Positions 53,163 to 64,000 of a stretch of 64,000 bases of DNA are shown one piece after another (position 1 is the stretch's first letter; each line of letters starts with the position of its first letter). The position numbers and the translations under genes were made by a program. The notes below the pieces were generated by a model. It did not search any database. It was given only the letters and a program-made list of their open reading frames with translations, and was not told the origin of the DNA. This stretch comes from Botryllus schlosseri (lineage: Eukaryota). The DNA lies in contig CM119371.1 in assembly GCA_051294905.1 (NCBI GenBank), forward strand, positions 21,516,001 to 21,580,000, in the 5' to 3' direction.

Positions 53163-53519
53163 TAGGGTTGCATTTCAAAAATCAATTAAAAACAAAAATG
53201 TTTAAAACAAGGCCCTAATTTAGATCATGTTTTTATCGTTTTTTCCTTTCCCGTGACGTCACGAATATTCAATTGTGATGTCATAATGGCTTGGCATTGA
53301 CGATTGAACATATAGGGTAAATATAGCGGATTTCAACCATCCCATATCGATATACGTCGGCTAAATCGGACGGTAATTGTCAGTAGGCTCATACAACATG
53401 TTTTATAAAGTAGTTATACAAATATGGCTTAATTTGACAAGTAAAAAAAGTTTTTTTTTTCGAAAAGGCCTTTCTTTGACAAGTGATTTAAAACAATGTT
53501 CGTTTTAAATGCAACCCTG
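53163..53519. mobile_element. hAT MITE, TAGGGTTGCA family
   Basis: TAGGGTTGCA / TGCAACCCTG. TSD TAAGTCCT/TAAGTGCT. Homologous to 11540-11958. Confidence 0.9.
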
Positions 53520-53933
53520 TAAGTGCTTAAGCGAAAACTGCATCAGTGATGGTTAAAAGTCGCCGATACCAATACACCAATTATTGCGATCTGCCTAAAT
53601 TAATTGCATGCATCTGCTGACTTCGGTGCAAGGTCAACAACTGCGCTATTCGGGGCTGTAGCTATGTAAAAAGTAGGATTTTTCTGCCTGTTTGCGTGAA
53701 ACGTGTAGCAGAATCATCGATGTTTTATATATTCTAATTAGATCGCAAAAATACCTAACCAAATGAGCTCAATTGACATATTCATTCGATTAAAATGAAG
53801 GTGAAATATCCTTTTCCCGGGAAATATTTGGGATGAGGATTCCAATTTGAACAGAAACATTGGGGATGCGCTTGCCAACCACCAATTAGGGAGGTTTGGG
53901 TTGCGGCAGTTACGGTCGTGGCTGCGACATTCA

Positions 53934-56233
53934 CAGAGGTGGTCAAAGTAGCCAGGAAAGCTGCTCAAGTAGAAGTAGAAGTAGCGACGCAAAAATATAC
54001 TCAAGTACGAGTGGAAGTACTTCGTCCATAAGCAACTTCAAACTACTTGAAGTAGAAGTAGAATTGACTGGCTTTAAGTCTACTCAAGTAAGTAAGCAGT
54101 TGTAAAAACGATCGTAATTTGTTCGCATGAACTGTCAAAAGCTGCAAATTGAGCAATGCGGAAGCTGTGTAGAGAGCTTGATTCATATTGATGCATCCCA
54201 GGACGTGTCAATTTTGACAGAATAAGCAGTCGTCCACATCATGGGATGAAAATGATAGTATTGATATGGAAATGCGATACTAATCCTTTGTTTACTCGAA
54301 CACTCCGTTTTAAAGAATTTCATGGCATGGCGCCCTCCCCATATTATAAGGCCCCTAGTTTTGTCGAAGAGCAATACGGAGAAGCTGTATCGGATACGGC
54401 TTCAACACTTTGCGCGATTGGTATACGTTAATTAAAAATATGACAGATCGTAAAAATCCCGTAAAAATATGACAGATCGTAAAAATCCCGTATCGTGTAT
54501 AGCTTTATTTTGGGAAAATATAAGGCATTAGGCTTACCACACTTGCTTTTAACTTCCACATGTATGTTTTCAAGACAAAATAACTGAAACTATAATTAGA
54601 ACTCAACGTATAATACTCGTAATTGAAAGAAAAATACAAATACTACGGAAAAGCGGAAAAATATATTTAATGTCTATTGTCCAGAAAGTTTCAACGGTGG
54701 TCTGCTAAAACAGGTCTAACGTTAGAAAAGTCAAAGTCCACATTTCCAGATTAGGACATGTCATGGGCTGCTTGGCAGGGCTGTGGAGTCGGAGTCGGTG
54801 GAGTCGGAGTTTGTGAAAATGACCCTGACTTCGACTCCGACTCCAACTCCAACTTCTTTATCATGAATATAATAATATATAATAGTAATATAATAACTAT
54901 AACAAGAGGATTTTAATGTTCTATCAATCACAGATGTTAGTAACCATACAGATCAGGGGCGGCCAAATAATGCTCTTCAGGTCAAATGTGGCCCGCTAGA
55001 AGGTTTTGTGTGGCCTGCGAGGTAATTCTCGAAATTAGATATAGAATCAGGTAAAATGGCAAGGCCAACCAGAATTTGATTAGCCTGACCTCGACGCATC
55101 TGCGTAACCAGGGGCCAGTCACATTGATCGTAGATATTCGTATCTAACCACAAAGTAGAATATTCCATAGCAGATTTAGTTGACTTGAAATTTTTCTTAG
55201 CTCTTCGCATGATTTATTGTCACATTTCTTGCATCCAGTATTGAAACCCCTCCTGGAAATGATAAATACACGTAATATACAGAATTGAAGCCAACTATAC
55301 TCGCAACTGGGGGATAACGTGTCGTCCAACATGCGACTTCGCTTGTGCGCTCGAAGCGAGGTCGTCGGCGATGAAACATTTGCACTGAATGACTGAGGCA
55401 TGTTCACCGAAACCGTCGATATTACTATGTCTAAAACCCCAAATAATCCTCTCCATGCCAAATAAGCACATTGCTATACAGAGGCGACCCCCAACATATG
55501 CAAGTAATATAATTATTGGTCGAATTCATTCAATAACTTTGAAGAAATGTCGGGCTTCGCGCGATCAGGGCATGACTGCACACTATGTACAGTTGCACAC
55601 GGATTTTTCATGACATAATTGTTATCAATTTTAAGACGTAGTCACATAAGTCTTGTTTTCAATGTTACCTAATTCGTTTCGTTTCTATCGGACGACTAAA
55701 AATACGTTATCAACATTCAAGTTTCCCGCGCAATGGTTAGTAAATCTCATGTGGTCCTTTCGCCGAGAAGGTTAGCCACCCCTGACATCGATTAAATTGG
55801 ACATTATTTGCTGCTAGGTATAATAGGTAATTGCTAGATTGCGAAACGGTAGTTTCAGACGTTATGGGGGCCATACTTCCTATCATGAAATATTTGATAT
55901 AACCGACAATGCGGTGTGAACGGAACCACGCAAGCCGGTATCTAAATTATATTTAGCGATACATTCGTTAAAAAATATTTGTCACTTCTTATCTACTGTG
56001 CGCGAAGGGCAACGAAAATTCTGGGTATTACATAATTTTTATGAAAATTAAATGTTGGTACTACGTGAAAACAGGATATCTTCCTTATTGGGGGAATAAA
56101 CTATTTCTACTTGACAAACTGAAAATAGCGAAAATTAAGCAAGTAATTCACAAAATGTTACGAAGTAGAAGTAGAAGTAGCGGAAAAAGATCTACTTGAG
56201 TAAGTGCCAGAAGTAGAGGAAAACTACTTGGGT
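53934..56233. mobile_element. Second copy of the 43883 hAT element; right TIR lost; nested insertions
   Basis: Colinear with 43883-45131. Extra segment 54776-55810 (CAGGGCTGTGGAGTCGG element, flanks CTGCTTGG/CTGCTAGG), which itself contains MITE 54954-55784. Confidence 0.88.
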
Positions 56234-57379
56234 CGTAATTCGGTACAGCTAACAAATCTACTCGCGTGCGTAGATCTAGGAGACGCAGGTGGGAAGATTG
56301 AGGTGCGGTGTGAGCTATATCAAATGAGGAGTCCTGAGGTTCGAGGCGTAATAACTGATGTTCGACTTGATATGACTGATGACGAAGTGAAAAGCGCGTT
56401 AGAAAACCAGCACTTTCTTATTGCGAAACGTTTCACCTACCGTACTGATGGTAAAGTCTGTCCGAGTCGCTCGGTATTACTATTTTTTGGTTCTACCATA
56501 CTGCCTTCGGTTGTGACTATTGGCTTTCTAAGGTTCCGGACACGTATATATAATCCGCCACCTATGCGGTGCTTCCATTGCAGCCGCTACGGACATAAAG
56601 CTAAGCAATGCCGAAGCGCGCAACGTTGTACAAGATGTGGAATGAGGCATAAATATGATCAATGCACAAACGAACCATATTGCGTGAATTGCGGTTCACC
56701 GCACTCTGCCGGGTACGCGGGCTGCACTAGATACAAGCAAGAGGCCAGAATAAACTCGATTATGGCGCACAGCAAAGTAAACTATTGGGAAGCCAGACAA
56801 ACCTTACAAAATCAATCCCAAGCACCTAACTTGACGTCAGAAACAGAATTTCCTTCGCTGACTCCATCTGCACGAAACTACAACAACGCTAGAGACATAG
56901 CACCTACATTTCCGTCACCATTTCCAGGTACATGTGCCACCACTCCGTCCGCGCCATCCCTCACACCGGATGGAAATATCACAATACCTTTGAACAATTT
57001 CTTCACCTTCATAGCCGATGTAATCACGAATACTCTTGCTTCCATCTCTGATGGCGGAAAGCCGCAAATTCATTCGATCGTAGCCAAATCTGCTGAAAGC
57101 ACACTCGGAATAAACATAAACACTCCTTCCGTCAATGAGCACCTTGATGAGGTCCTGGATCTCTCGCCAAATCGCCCAAGCAACGAAATGGACATCGCCA
57201 ATTCCTTCCAGGAAGACGAGATTAGTTCCAACCAATACCCGAGTACATTGAGCTCAGCAGGCGATGAACGACCTGCTGATTCTCGCCGACAACATTGTCA
57301 ACCTCGCCAGGATCCACTCCTGCAAGACCAAAGACAAACGCCACAAAGCAACCCCCAACCCAAATCCTTTTCACTCTGA
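56234..57379 (+). CDS. LINE ORF1 (gag-like nucleic-acid-binding protein), N-terminus missing
   Basis: YNPPPMRCFHCSRYGHKAKQC, CTRCGMRHKYDQC and CVNCGSPHSAGYAGC knuckles. Confidence 0.92.
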   Translation, partial: RNSVQLTNLLACVDLGDAGGKIEVRCELYQMRSPEVRGVITDVRLDMTDDEVKSALENQHFLIAKRFTYRTDGKVCPSRSVLLFFGSTILPSVVTIGFLRFRTRIYNPPPMRCFHCSRYGHKAKQCRSAQRCTRCGMRHKYDQCTNEPYCVNCGSPHSAGYAGCTRYKQEARINSIMAHSKVNYWEARQTLQNQSQAPNLTSETEFPSLTPSARNYNNARDIAPTFPSPFPGTCATTPSAPSLTPDGNITIPLNNFFTFIADVITNTLASISDGGKPQIHSIVAKSAESTLGININTPSVNEHLDEVLDLSPNRPSNEMDIANSFQEDEISSNQYPSTLSSAGDERPADSRRQHCQPRQDPLLQDQRQTPQSNPQPKSFSL

Positions 57380-60300
57380 TTCAATGGAACTGCAGAGGGA
57401 TATACAGAAAAATAGATGACTTTAAACACTATACTGAAAATTTACCAACAAAACCTGATATAATAGCCTTACAAGAGACTCATCTGATTCCTAAGTATTC
57501 CCCGAGAATTCCCGATTACTCTTTGCTGAGGAAAGATCGCAACATCCATGGTGGTGGTGTTTGTATTTTCGTGAAGAACGGGCGACGATATTTAGAAATT
57601 ACCATCGAAAATATTCACCCAATTGAGACTCAAGCAATAATCATCGACGACATTACGATATGCAATTTATATATCCCCCCCAACAAGAAAATCACTCGCT
57701 CTCTCATGCAGCGCTGCTTTTCTGCCGGGCGATGTGGCTCGCGGAGTATCTTCTTGGGGGACTTCAATGCACACCACCCCCTTTGGTGGGGCTCATCCAT
57801 GAATGAATGCGGTAGGCATCTCCATTACTTGATTGAGGAATCCGAGCTTGTTGTTGCTAACACGACATCCCCGACGCGCCTAAATATGTCTCGTCCTAAC
57901 CCAGGTTCAACATCTCTGCTTGACCTGACAATAACTTCCAAGGACCTGGCACACAAAATAACAACATCAGTGACAGAAAAACTTCTTGGTAGTGACCACT
58001 TCGTTGTTATAAGCGTCCTTGATGTCCTATTAACTGCCCCGCAAAGACACCACACTTCATGGGCTTTGAGAAGAGCAAACTGGAATAAATTCAAACAGTT
58101 ATCTCAGATTCATTTCGAAAATTCTCCCAAGACGAATGGACGAATTACCATCTACTCAGCCACAGAAGCTATTATAAAAACAGCAGAGCAGATCATTCCA
58201 ACGACGAAACCGTTTACGAAGAACAGCGTGCCATGGTGGACTGAAGAGTGCTCCAGGGCAATCCGTCTCAAACGAGCTGCATTCCTGAAAATGAGGCGCT
58301 CTTTCTGCGAACGGGACATTATCCAGTTCAGACGCAGTCGCGCCTTTGCACGAAAGACTGTATTATTGGCAAAGCGGTCGCATTGGCAAACATTCTGTAG
58401 TGGACTTTCGAACACCTCAAAATTATCAAATGTGTGGAGAGTTATTCGGTCAATGTCTGGTTCCAAAACTTGGAGTGAGATCCAATCTGTGGACCGCTAA
58501 CAGACGACTTCGAAATAGCCAACGAGCTGGCAACATGCTTTGCGAAGGTCAGCAGTAATACCAATCTCGACACCAATCACTTGCTAAAGAGTGCAAATCT
58601 CGGAGCAAATCTCGATTCTGAATTATCTAGAGCGAATGCAACATCGAGCTCACCAAATCACGGTATCAATGCTCCATTCAGCATGAATGAACTACGGGCA
58701 GTACTGAAACCCAGAAAAAATACTGCACCTGGGGTCGATAAGATTTGCCTGGCAATGGTGTCAAACCGTAACACAAACTGCATGGCGATGCTACTGGACG
58801 CATTCAACGACTCCTGGACCAGTGGTTGTTGCCCAGAGCAATGGAAGCATTCAATTGTTGTCCCAATATTAAAGAATGGAAAACCCCGCGACATCGCATC
58901 CTCTTACCGACCAATTTCTCTCACCAGCAATTTGTGTAAAATCATGGAAAGGATGATTATGAATAGGTTGAACTGGTGGCTAAATAACAACAATATCCTA
59001 CATCCAAACCAAAGTGGTTTCTGACCTGGCAGATCAACAACAGACTGCATTGCGCTTCGGCACGATGACATATATAAATCGCTCTGGAGCAAAAGATCTG
59101 TTGTGGCAATATTTATAGACTTTGAAAAGGCCTACGATTTAGTCTGGCGCGACGCCTTAATTTATAAGCTCCGAAACGTCGGGCTCGAGGGTAACATCGT
59201 CAATTGGATTCGGTCTTTCCTCACTGACCGCAACTTTCAAGTGAGAATCGGTAAAACGCTGTCGGACACATTCGAACTCAAAAACGGTATACCTCAGGGA
59301 AGTGTGTTGAGTCCGGTTTGTTTTCGCTCATGATAAATGATCTCCCGCAAAACGTCACAACTAGTACGAACTTGTACGCTGACGACGTGTGTATCTGGGA
59401 ATCGGGCCTAATCATTGCTGAAACCCTTCAGAAAATTCAGTCTTCGCTGGACCAGATCTCCTCGTGGTGTGAACAATGGGGGTTCAAAATCAATTCCAAG
59501 AAGTCGGCAGCTGTATTATTCACGCGACGCAGAAAAATCCCAAGTATCAATCTTGTATTCAACGGCTCAGCCATACCTGTACAGAAGGAATACAGGTATC
59601 TCGGCATTATATTCGATTCTAAACTAAATTACAGGTCACATACGAAGATGGTGGTGGGAAAATGCTCTAAGAGACTGAATCTACTCCGCGCCTTGGCAGG
59701 TACCTCGTGGGGGCATCAAAAGATTGCCTCCTGGCCCTTTATAGATCTCTCATACGATCTATAATCGAATATGGGTACGAATCATACCCTTTTTCACCCA
59801 GATATAATATCACCGCTATCCAAAGAGTTCAGAATGCTGCGTTACGAATTTGCTGTGGTGCGATGCGTAGTACTCCAACGTATGCTCTACAGCACTTCTG
59901 CGGAGAACCACCTGTAGAGCTCAGACATCTCCAGTCGTGCCTGAAATTGAGATGCACTATTTTGTCCAATGATGCTCATCCTTGTCAGCAAATCATCAGC
60001 CATAGCTGGCATGAAATTTTTCCCGACTCGAATCGTTTCAATACCTTTAACATGCTGACAAGTAGAATACTGCCGGCAGAACCGTCAATTCAGCGATCGA
60101 AACAACTTCCCATCCCCCCATGGTGTGAAACACACCCCTTTGATATTGACCTCGCCCTAACCGCGGTTGTACCTTCAATAGGTCATCCTGCAGCTGTTTC
60201 GCAGGTGTGCAATCGTCACATATCCAACAACTACCAGGGGTTTATCAAAATATTCACTGATGGCTCTAAAAATAATCGCCGCTGTGGTGCTGGGTCTCAT

Positions 60301-61090
60301 GTTCACGACTAGAATTTCTCATTTAGTATAGGCCTTGATTGTCTACCGTCCGTTTTTTCTGCAGAGCTAATCGCGATCTACAAAAGTCTCACTTGGGCGT
60401 ACCAAACCTGCTATCCTCCATGCAAAATTGCAGTCTTTGCCGATAGTCTGAGTGCATTGCAGGCCATCGAAAATAAAAGTCTCGGCAACAATATGGTCGC
60501 TAATATCATCACTATCTGCAGAGATTTATCACAAAGAAACATCTCGTCACACCTAGTCTGGATACCAGGACATCAAGACGTCGGATACAACGAACGGGCG
60601 GACAAACTGGCCAAGCATTCTGCAAGTTCCCCCGACGTCGAGATCCTAGCCACCCCTTTGTCACTGCAGGAAGCCAAAGTTCGAGTCTCCAAACACTGTC
60701 GTGAGAAATGGTTTGAAAAGTTCAGGGAGCATACGGACGATTCCCAATCCAAGCGGATTTTCTCACAGCACAACGAAATCCCTGTTTTCCCACTATCGTC
60801 ACGAATCCAATCGTCAATCCTCGTACGTCTACAAACAGGGCATTGCCGACTTGCTAACCACCTACTTCGAATTGGAAGCCACGAAGATGGGCTTTGTCGT
60901 ACTTGTCAACGACAAGAAACGGTTGAACATTTCCTCATTCATTGCCCAAAATATTCACTCGAACGGGAATACCTGGAAGGCATAGCCCGGTAACACGGCG
61001 TGCCTTTCTTGTTAGATAACATTGACCCATCCCGCCACGATTTCCTCGGTAATAGAATTCGTTTTGGTGTCCGGAAGAGAGATATAATGG
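57361..61090 (+). pseudogene. LINE ORF2 (AP endonuclease, reverse transcriptase, RNase H, C-terminal zinc finger), disrupted
   Basis: IQWNCRG, LQETH, GDFNAH, GSDH; YRPISLT, PQGSVLSP, YADD (59375-59386); FTDGS, AELIAI, WIPGH..NERADKLAK; CRTC..ETVEHFLIHC. Frameshifts near 58485, 59318 and 59712; in-frame stops at 59022, 60310 and 60991. Confidence 0.95.
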
Positions 61091-61840
61091 AATAATGAAT
61101 ACATATAATAACTAATAGACCTGGTGCACAAGGCCATAGCTGCCGAGCACCACAAACTCAATACCAACAACAACAACAATAAGCAAAAATTCAGCTATAT
61201 TACAGTTTATAAGGAGTCCGTCTTGAATCGAATTCAAGAACGTTTGCGAATGCTCGTCTGTGCCTGTGACAAACGTACAAGGCGAAAATATTCCGAATAA
61301 TTATATTTATTCGTTGAAATTACCTTAAAAGTTTCATTGTCTAATTTAAAACTAAATCTGGCATCTTGAGCATTTTGTAATCTCCCCTTGCGTAACGCTG
61401 CCGAAAATTATATCCTTCGTATGCAATAGTGGTCATATGTCATTGATTTTCGTAATCTCAAACCACGAGCGGGCTGCAGAACACATGACTGGAGGCTGTT
61501 ACGTAGCATTATAACCTCGGGTGAATGGTCAATTACGGCACGGTTAACCCACCGTATATTTTCACTATCAATTCGTCAGTGACCTAATGTCAGTTAAAGT
61601 AGAATAGGGGGCTTACGTGTTAATTATCCATTCGGGTTTTTCGAAACATTTCAATTATCATGTTATTCGCGCTCGTTTACAATTCTTTCATGTCACTTGC
61701 GGCGCCTCGCCACATGCCGACCGTGGTTATCATTTCGGCATTTTCCTATCATCTCCTTCATGCAGAACTGTATATGAACATATGCTACTACTCCAGTATT
61801 GTGAGTTATTTTCATACGGTTCAAAACGTTTCAATTTCAG

Positions 61841-62128
61841 AAACAAGAGAGTCTCCTAGGCGCTCGAAAAGAGCGTATTGGACAGAGTTACGATGAGAAG
61901 AAAAAAGGCCCACAAGGAGGGAAAAGAAGACACAAGGGCATTGTACGTGATTTATTGGATCAAGAACAACGCGAATGCAGCTCTTTTGGCATTCAGCAGA
62001 ATTTACTGAAACATCATCTGGATGGGTGTGAAGAATTGCTCCATGAGAAAAAGAAGGGCAGAAGTGGAGCTGGCACATCGTTTCAAGCAATTTATGCTGC
62101 AGTGTTCGCCGCGGATTTTAATTCATGA
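61841..62128 (+). CDS. Candidate exon (KQESLLGARKERIGQSYDEKKK...), uncertain
   Basis: Acceptor ttcaatttcag and 95 open codons. Possible donor gtacgt at 61943. No recognisable domain. Confidence 0.25.
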   Translation, partial: KQESLLGARKERIGQSYDEKKKGPQGGKRRHKGIVRDLLDQEQRECSSFGIQQNLLKHHLDGCEELLHEKKKGRSGAGTSFQAIYAAVFAADFNS

Positions 62129-62689
62129 GGAAACTTTTCTTTGAAATAAGATTGTCGCATTACAATATCGAAGAAAATTAGAGGCAGATAGTAGAACAGT
62201 ATTATGAATGACTAAATCTTTCATTCATACCTAATAATATTTCAATTATTCCGGAACTTCTTACGGCCGTCGCCGAATTCGTGGACACGTGTCACACATT
62301 GCTGTGAATAATTTTACTTTTTGATATGTATTTCTCATGATTTCAACCACCTTGTTCACAACAAACTTAGCACGTCAGGCCACCTCCAAATTTTACTATC
62401 CATACATGTAACTGTCCAATTCAGTGGTTTCAATATCAAAAGTACAGTGGATTTCTCTTGTTGAGGTTATAGTCAGAAATGTAAGGAAGGGTAACAAGTT
62501 CCGAGAGATATTTACTCTTACGCCATGTCTTCATATAATTGCGCAATATATTTCCTGATCCGACCGACTCAAGTGTCGTTGTTATCTGAATAATTAGTAA
62601 TCGGCTTGGTAATCTCCTGCTTTGTTAACAATGGAGTTGTTAAAGATTGAATACATTTGATTCGAATTGGAAGTAACCATATTTGTGTA

Positions 62690-62921
62690 CCATTCCATAC
62701 TTGCTTGGACGCGGGTGCGCAGAACAAGGACTCAAGCGGCTAATAGCGCTCTTCGAAGTCATCCTCTGCATCTCGTTCGGATTCGAAGGAGCGGGCTATC
62801 TCGAGAACGATCGAGCGATGGAGAAGGCAGCGAAGCGAACGACTGTGGAAGAACGACGGCACTTTGGTCCGCGGGTCCGATCGCCCTCGCGGCGGTGTGG
62901 ACTCCCTCACGGTGAGTTAGA
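62690..62921 (+). other. Probable 5' external transcribed spacer remnant of rDNA
   Basis: Abrupt GC/CpG-rich segment directly abutting the 18S 5' end. Confidence 0.5.
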
Positions 62922-63970
62922 TCTCTGGTTTATCTCTCCATTAGTGATATGTTTATTTCAAAGATTAAGCCATGTAGGTGTAAGTTAGGGCTGGGCACAA
63001 TGATTCGAGTACTCGAATCTGAATCGAGTAATTATTTTAATGATTCGAGTCGAGTAGCAAAATACGATTTTTTCGAGTATTGACATTATATGCTACTCAC
63101 CACTGAGAGGTTCTTTTGTTAACGAGAGTTATGGTTTTGATACTATTTTTCACTGGGGAAGCCTTAAAACCTTAATTGCATACGAAACATAGTACAAAGC
63201 TACAAACGTTACTGGAAATAACACATTTCCGAAGTCACGATCCTCCTACAACATTGTCACAAAGTGCAATGAAATCGGTATAGGGTCGAAATAATACCAA
63301 AGTATCTTTAATGTGATAGATAACAGGCATTATATTCTTTGCGGTGGCATAAAAGGTATATATTTGAACCGTGACATCTTATATACTGTTATTACGTCAT
63401 AATGATTGATACTCGAATACTCGACTCGACTCGAAGTATAATACGTGATTCAGAATCGAATCACTCAAGTACTCGATTTTGCCCAGCCCTAGTGTAAGTA
63501 CGAGCTGAACGCAAAGTGAAACTACGAACGGCTCATTGAATCAGTCTTTGTTTATTTGGTCTCTGATTACGAACTTGGACAACTGTGGTAATTCCAGAGC
63601 TAATAGAGGCGACCAAGCTCCAACTCAGGAAACGTGCTTTTATTAGGTCAAAATCGACCGTGCTCGCTCGCTGACCCGTTTCTTTGGATGACTTTGGATA
63701 ACCACGCGGATCGTTCGGTTTTGCGCCGGCGACGTACCATTCAAGTGTCTGATCAATCAATCTTCGAAGATAAGCTACGGCCTTACCCTTGTGATAGTGG
63801 GTGACGGGGATTCGGGGTTTGATTCAAGAGAGAGAGCCTGAGAAACGGCTATCACATCCAAGGAAGGTAGTAGGTCCGTAAATTACCCATTCCCGACACG
63901 GGAAGGTAGTGACGAAAAATACCAATCCGGGACTCTAACGCGGCTCCGTAATTGGAACGAGACACATATC
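62922..63970 (+). pseudogene. 18S rRNA pseudogene (5' ~530 nt), split by a MITE
   Basis: TCTGGTT..AAAGATTAAGCCATG, GGCTCATT.AATCAGT, GCCTGAGAAACGGCTA.CACATCCAAGGAAGG and GGTAGTGACGAAAAATA. Many substitutions in universally conserved positions. Confidence 0.95.
62986..63491. mobile_element. hAT-Ac-like MITE inserted in the 18S pseudogene
   Basis: TIR TAGGGCTGGGCA / TGCCCAGCCCTA. Perfect TSD GTGTAAGT. CTCGA/TCGAG repeats. Confidence 0.96.
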
Positions 63971-64000
63971 TTGAGTCGCATCGTTGTTTACATCATTCAG

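Larger units (their letters stand above)
56234..61179 (+). mobile_element. I/Nimb-clade LINE (RNase H-containing), 5'-truncated and decayed
   Basis: ORF1 with three zinc knuckles, ORF2 with APE-RT-RNase H-CCHC, 3' stem-loop and (CAA)5 tail at 61165-61179. Confidence 0.95.

Noticed and set aside
56204..56233. Start of the 391-aa ORF as the true ORF1 N-terminus
   Set aside because: These ten codons are hAT subterminal sequence (compare 45102-45131) with a GTG start; the ORF is chimeric.
24236..61188. Identical 26,777-bp offset for the repeat pairs 24236/51013 and 34411/61188
   Set aside because: The offset differs in between (~25.6 kb at 27120/52750) and the intervening insertions differ, so the exact equality is treated as coincidence.
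258..63760. Remaining 60-140 aa ORFs in the track
   Set aside because: Lengths are those expected by chance with alternative starts, most lie within MITEs, and they lack motifs or splice support.
62922..63970. Functional 18S rRNA gene
   Set aside because: Truncated, interrupted by a MITE and mutated at universally conserved positions.

Overview
AT-rich eukaryotic genomic DNA. The 18S rDNA remnant at the right end carries motifs I recall as tunicate-type, so an ascidian is the likely source (inference). Most of the window is transposon-derived. It holds more than 20 non-autonomous hAT-type elements, many with 8-bp TSDs and several nested. It also holds a TA-flanked MITE, foldback and MULE/Merlin-like elements, a Chapaev3 transposase fossil, a 3' fragment of a Tx1/L1-clade LINE, a ~5-kb decayed I/Nimb-clade LINE, and a tRNA-derived SINE family. 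Host coding sequence is limited to a few isolated + strand exons (1475-1780, 23855-23914, 45291-45488) encoding helical, possibly GBP/atlastin-like segments. The most interesting observation is that the SINE's 3' stem-loop matches the LINE's 3' stem-loop with compensatory base changes, suggesting a SINE-LINE partner pair. No CRISPR or prokaryotic system is present, and almost all short ORFs in the track are spurious. All family assignments come from motif recognition by eye; no database searches were run.
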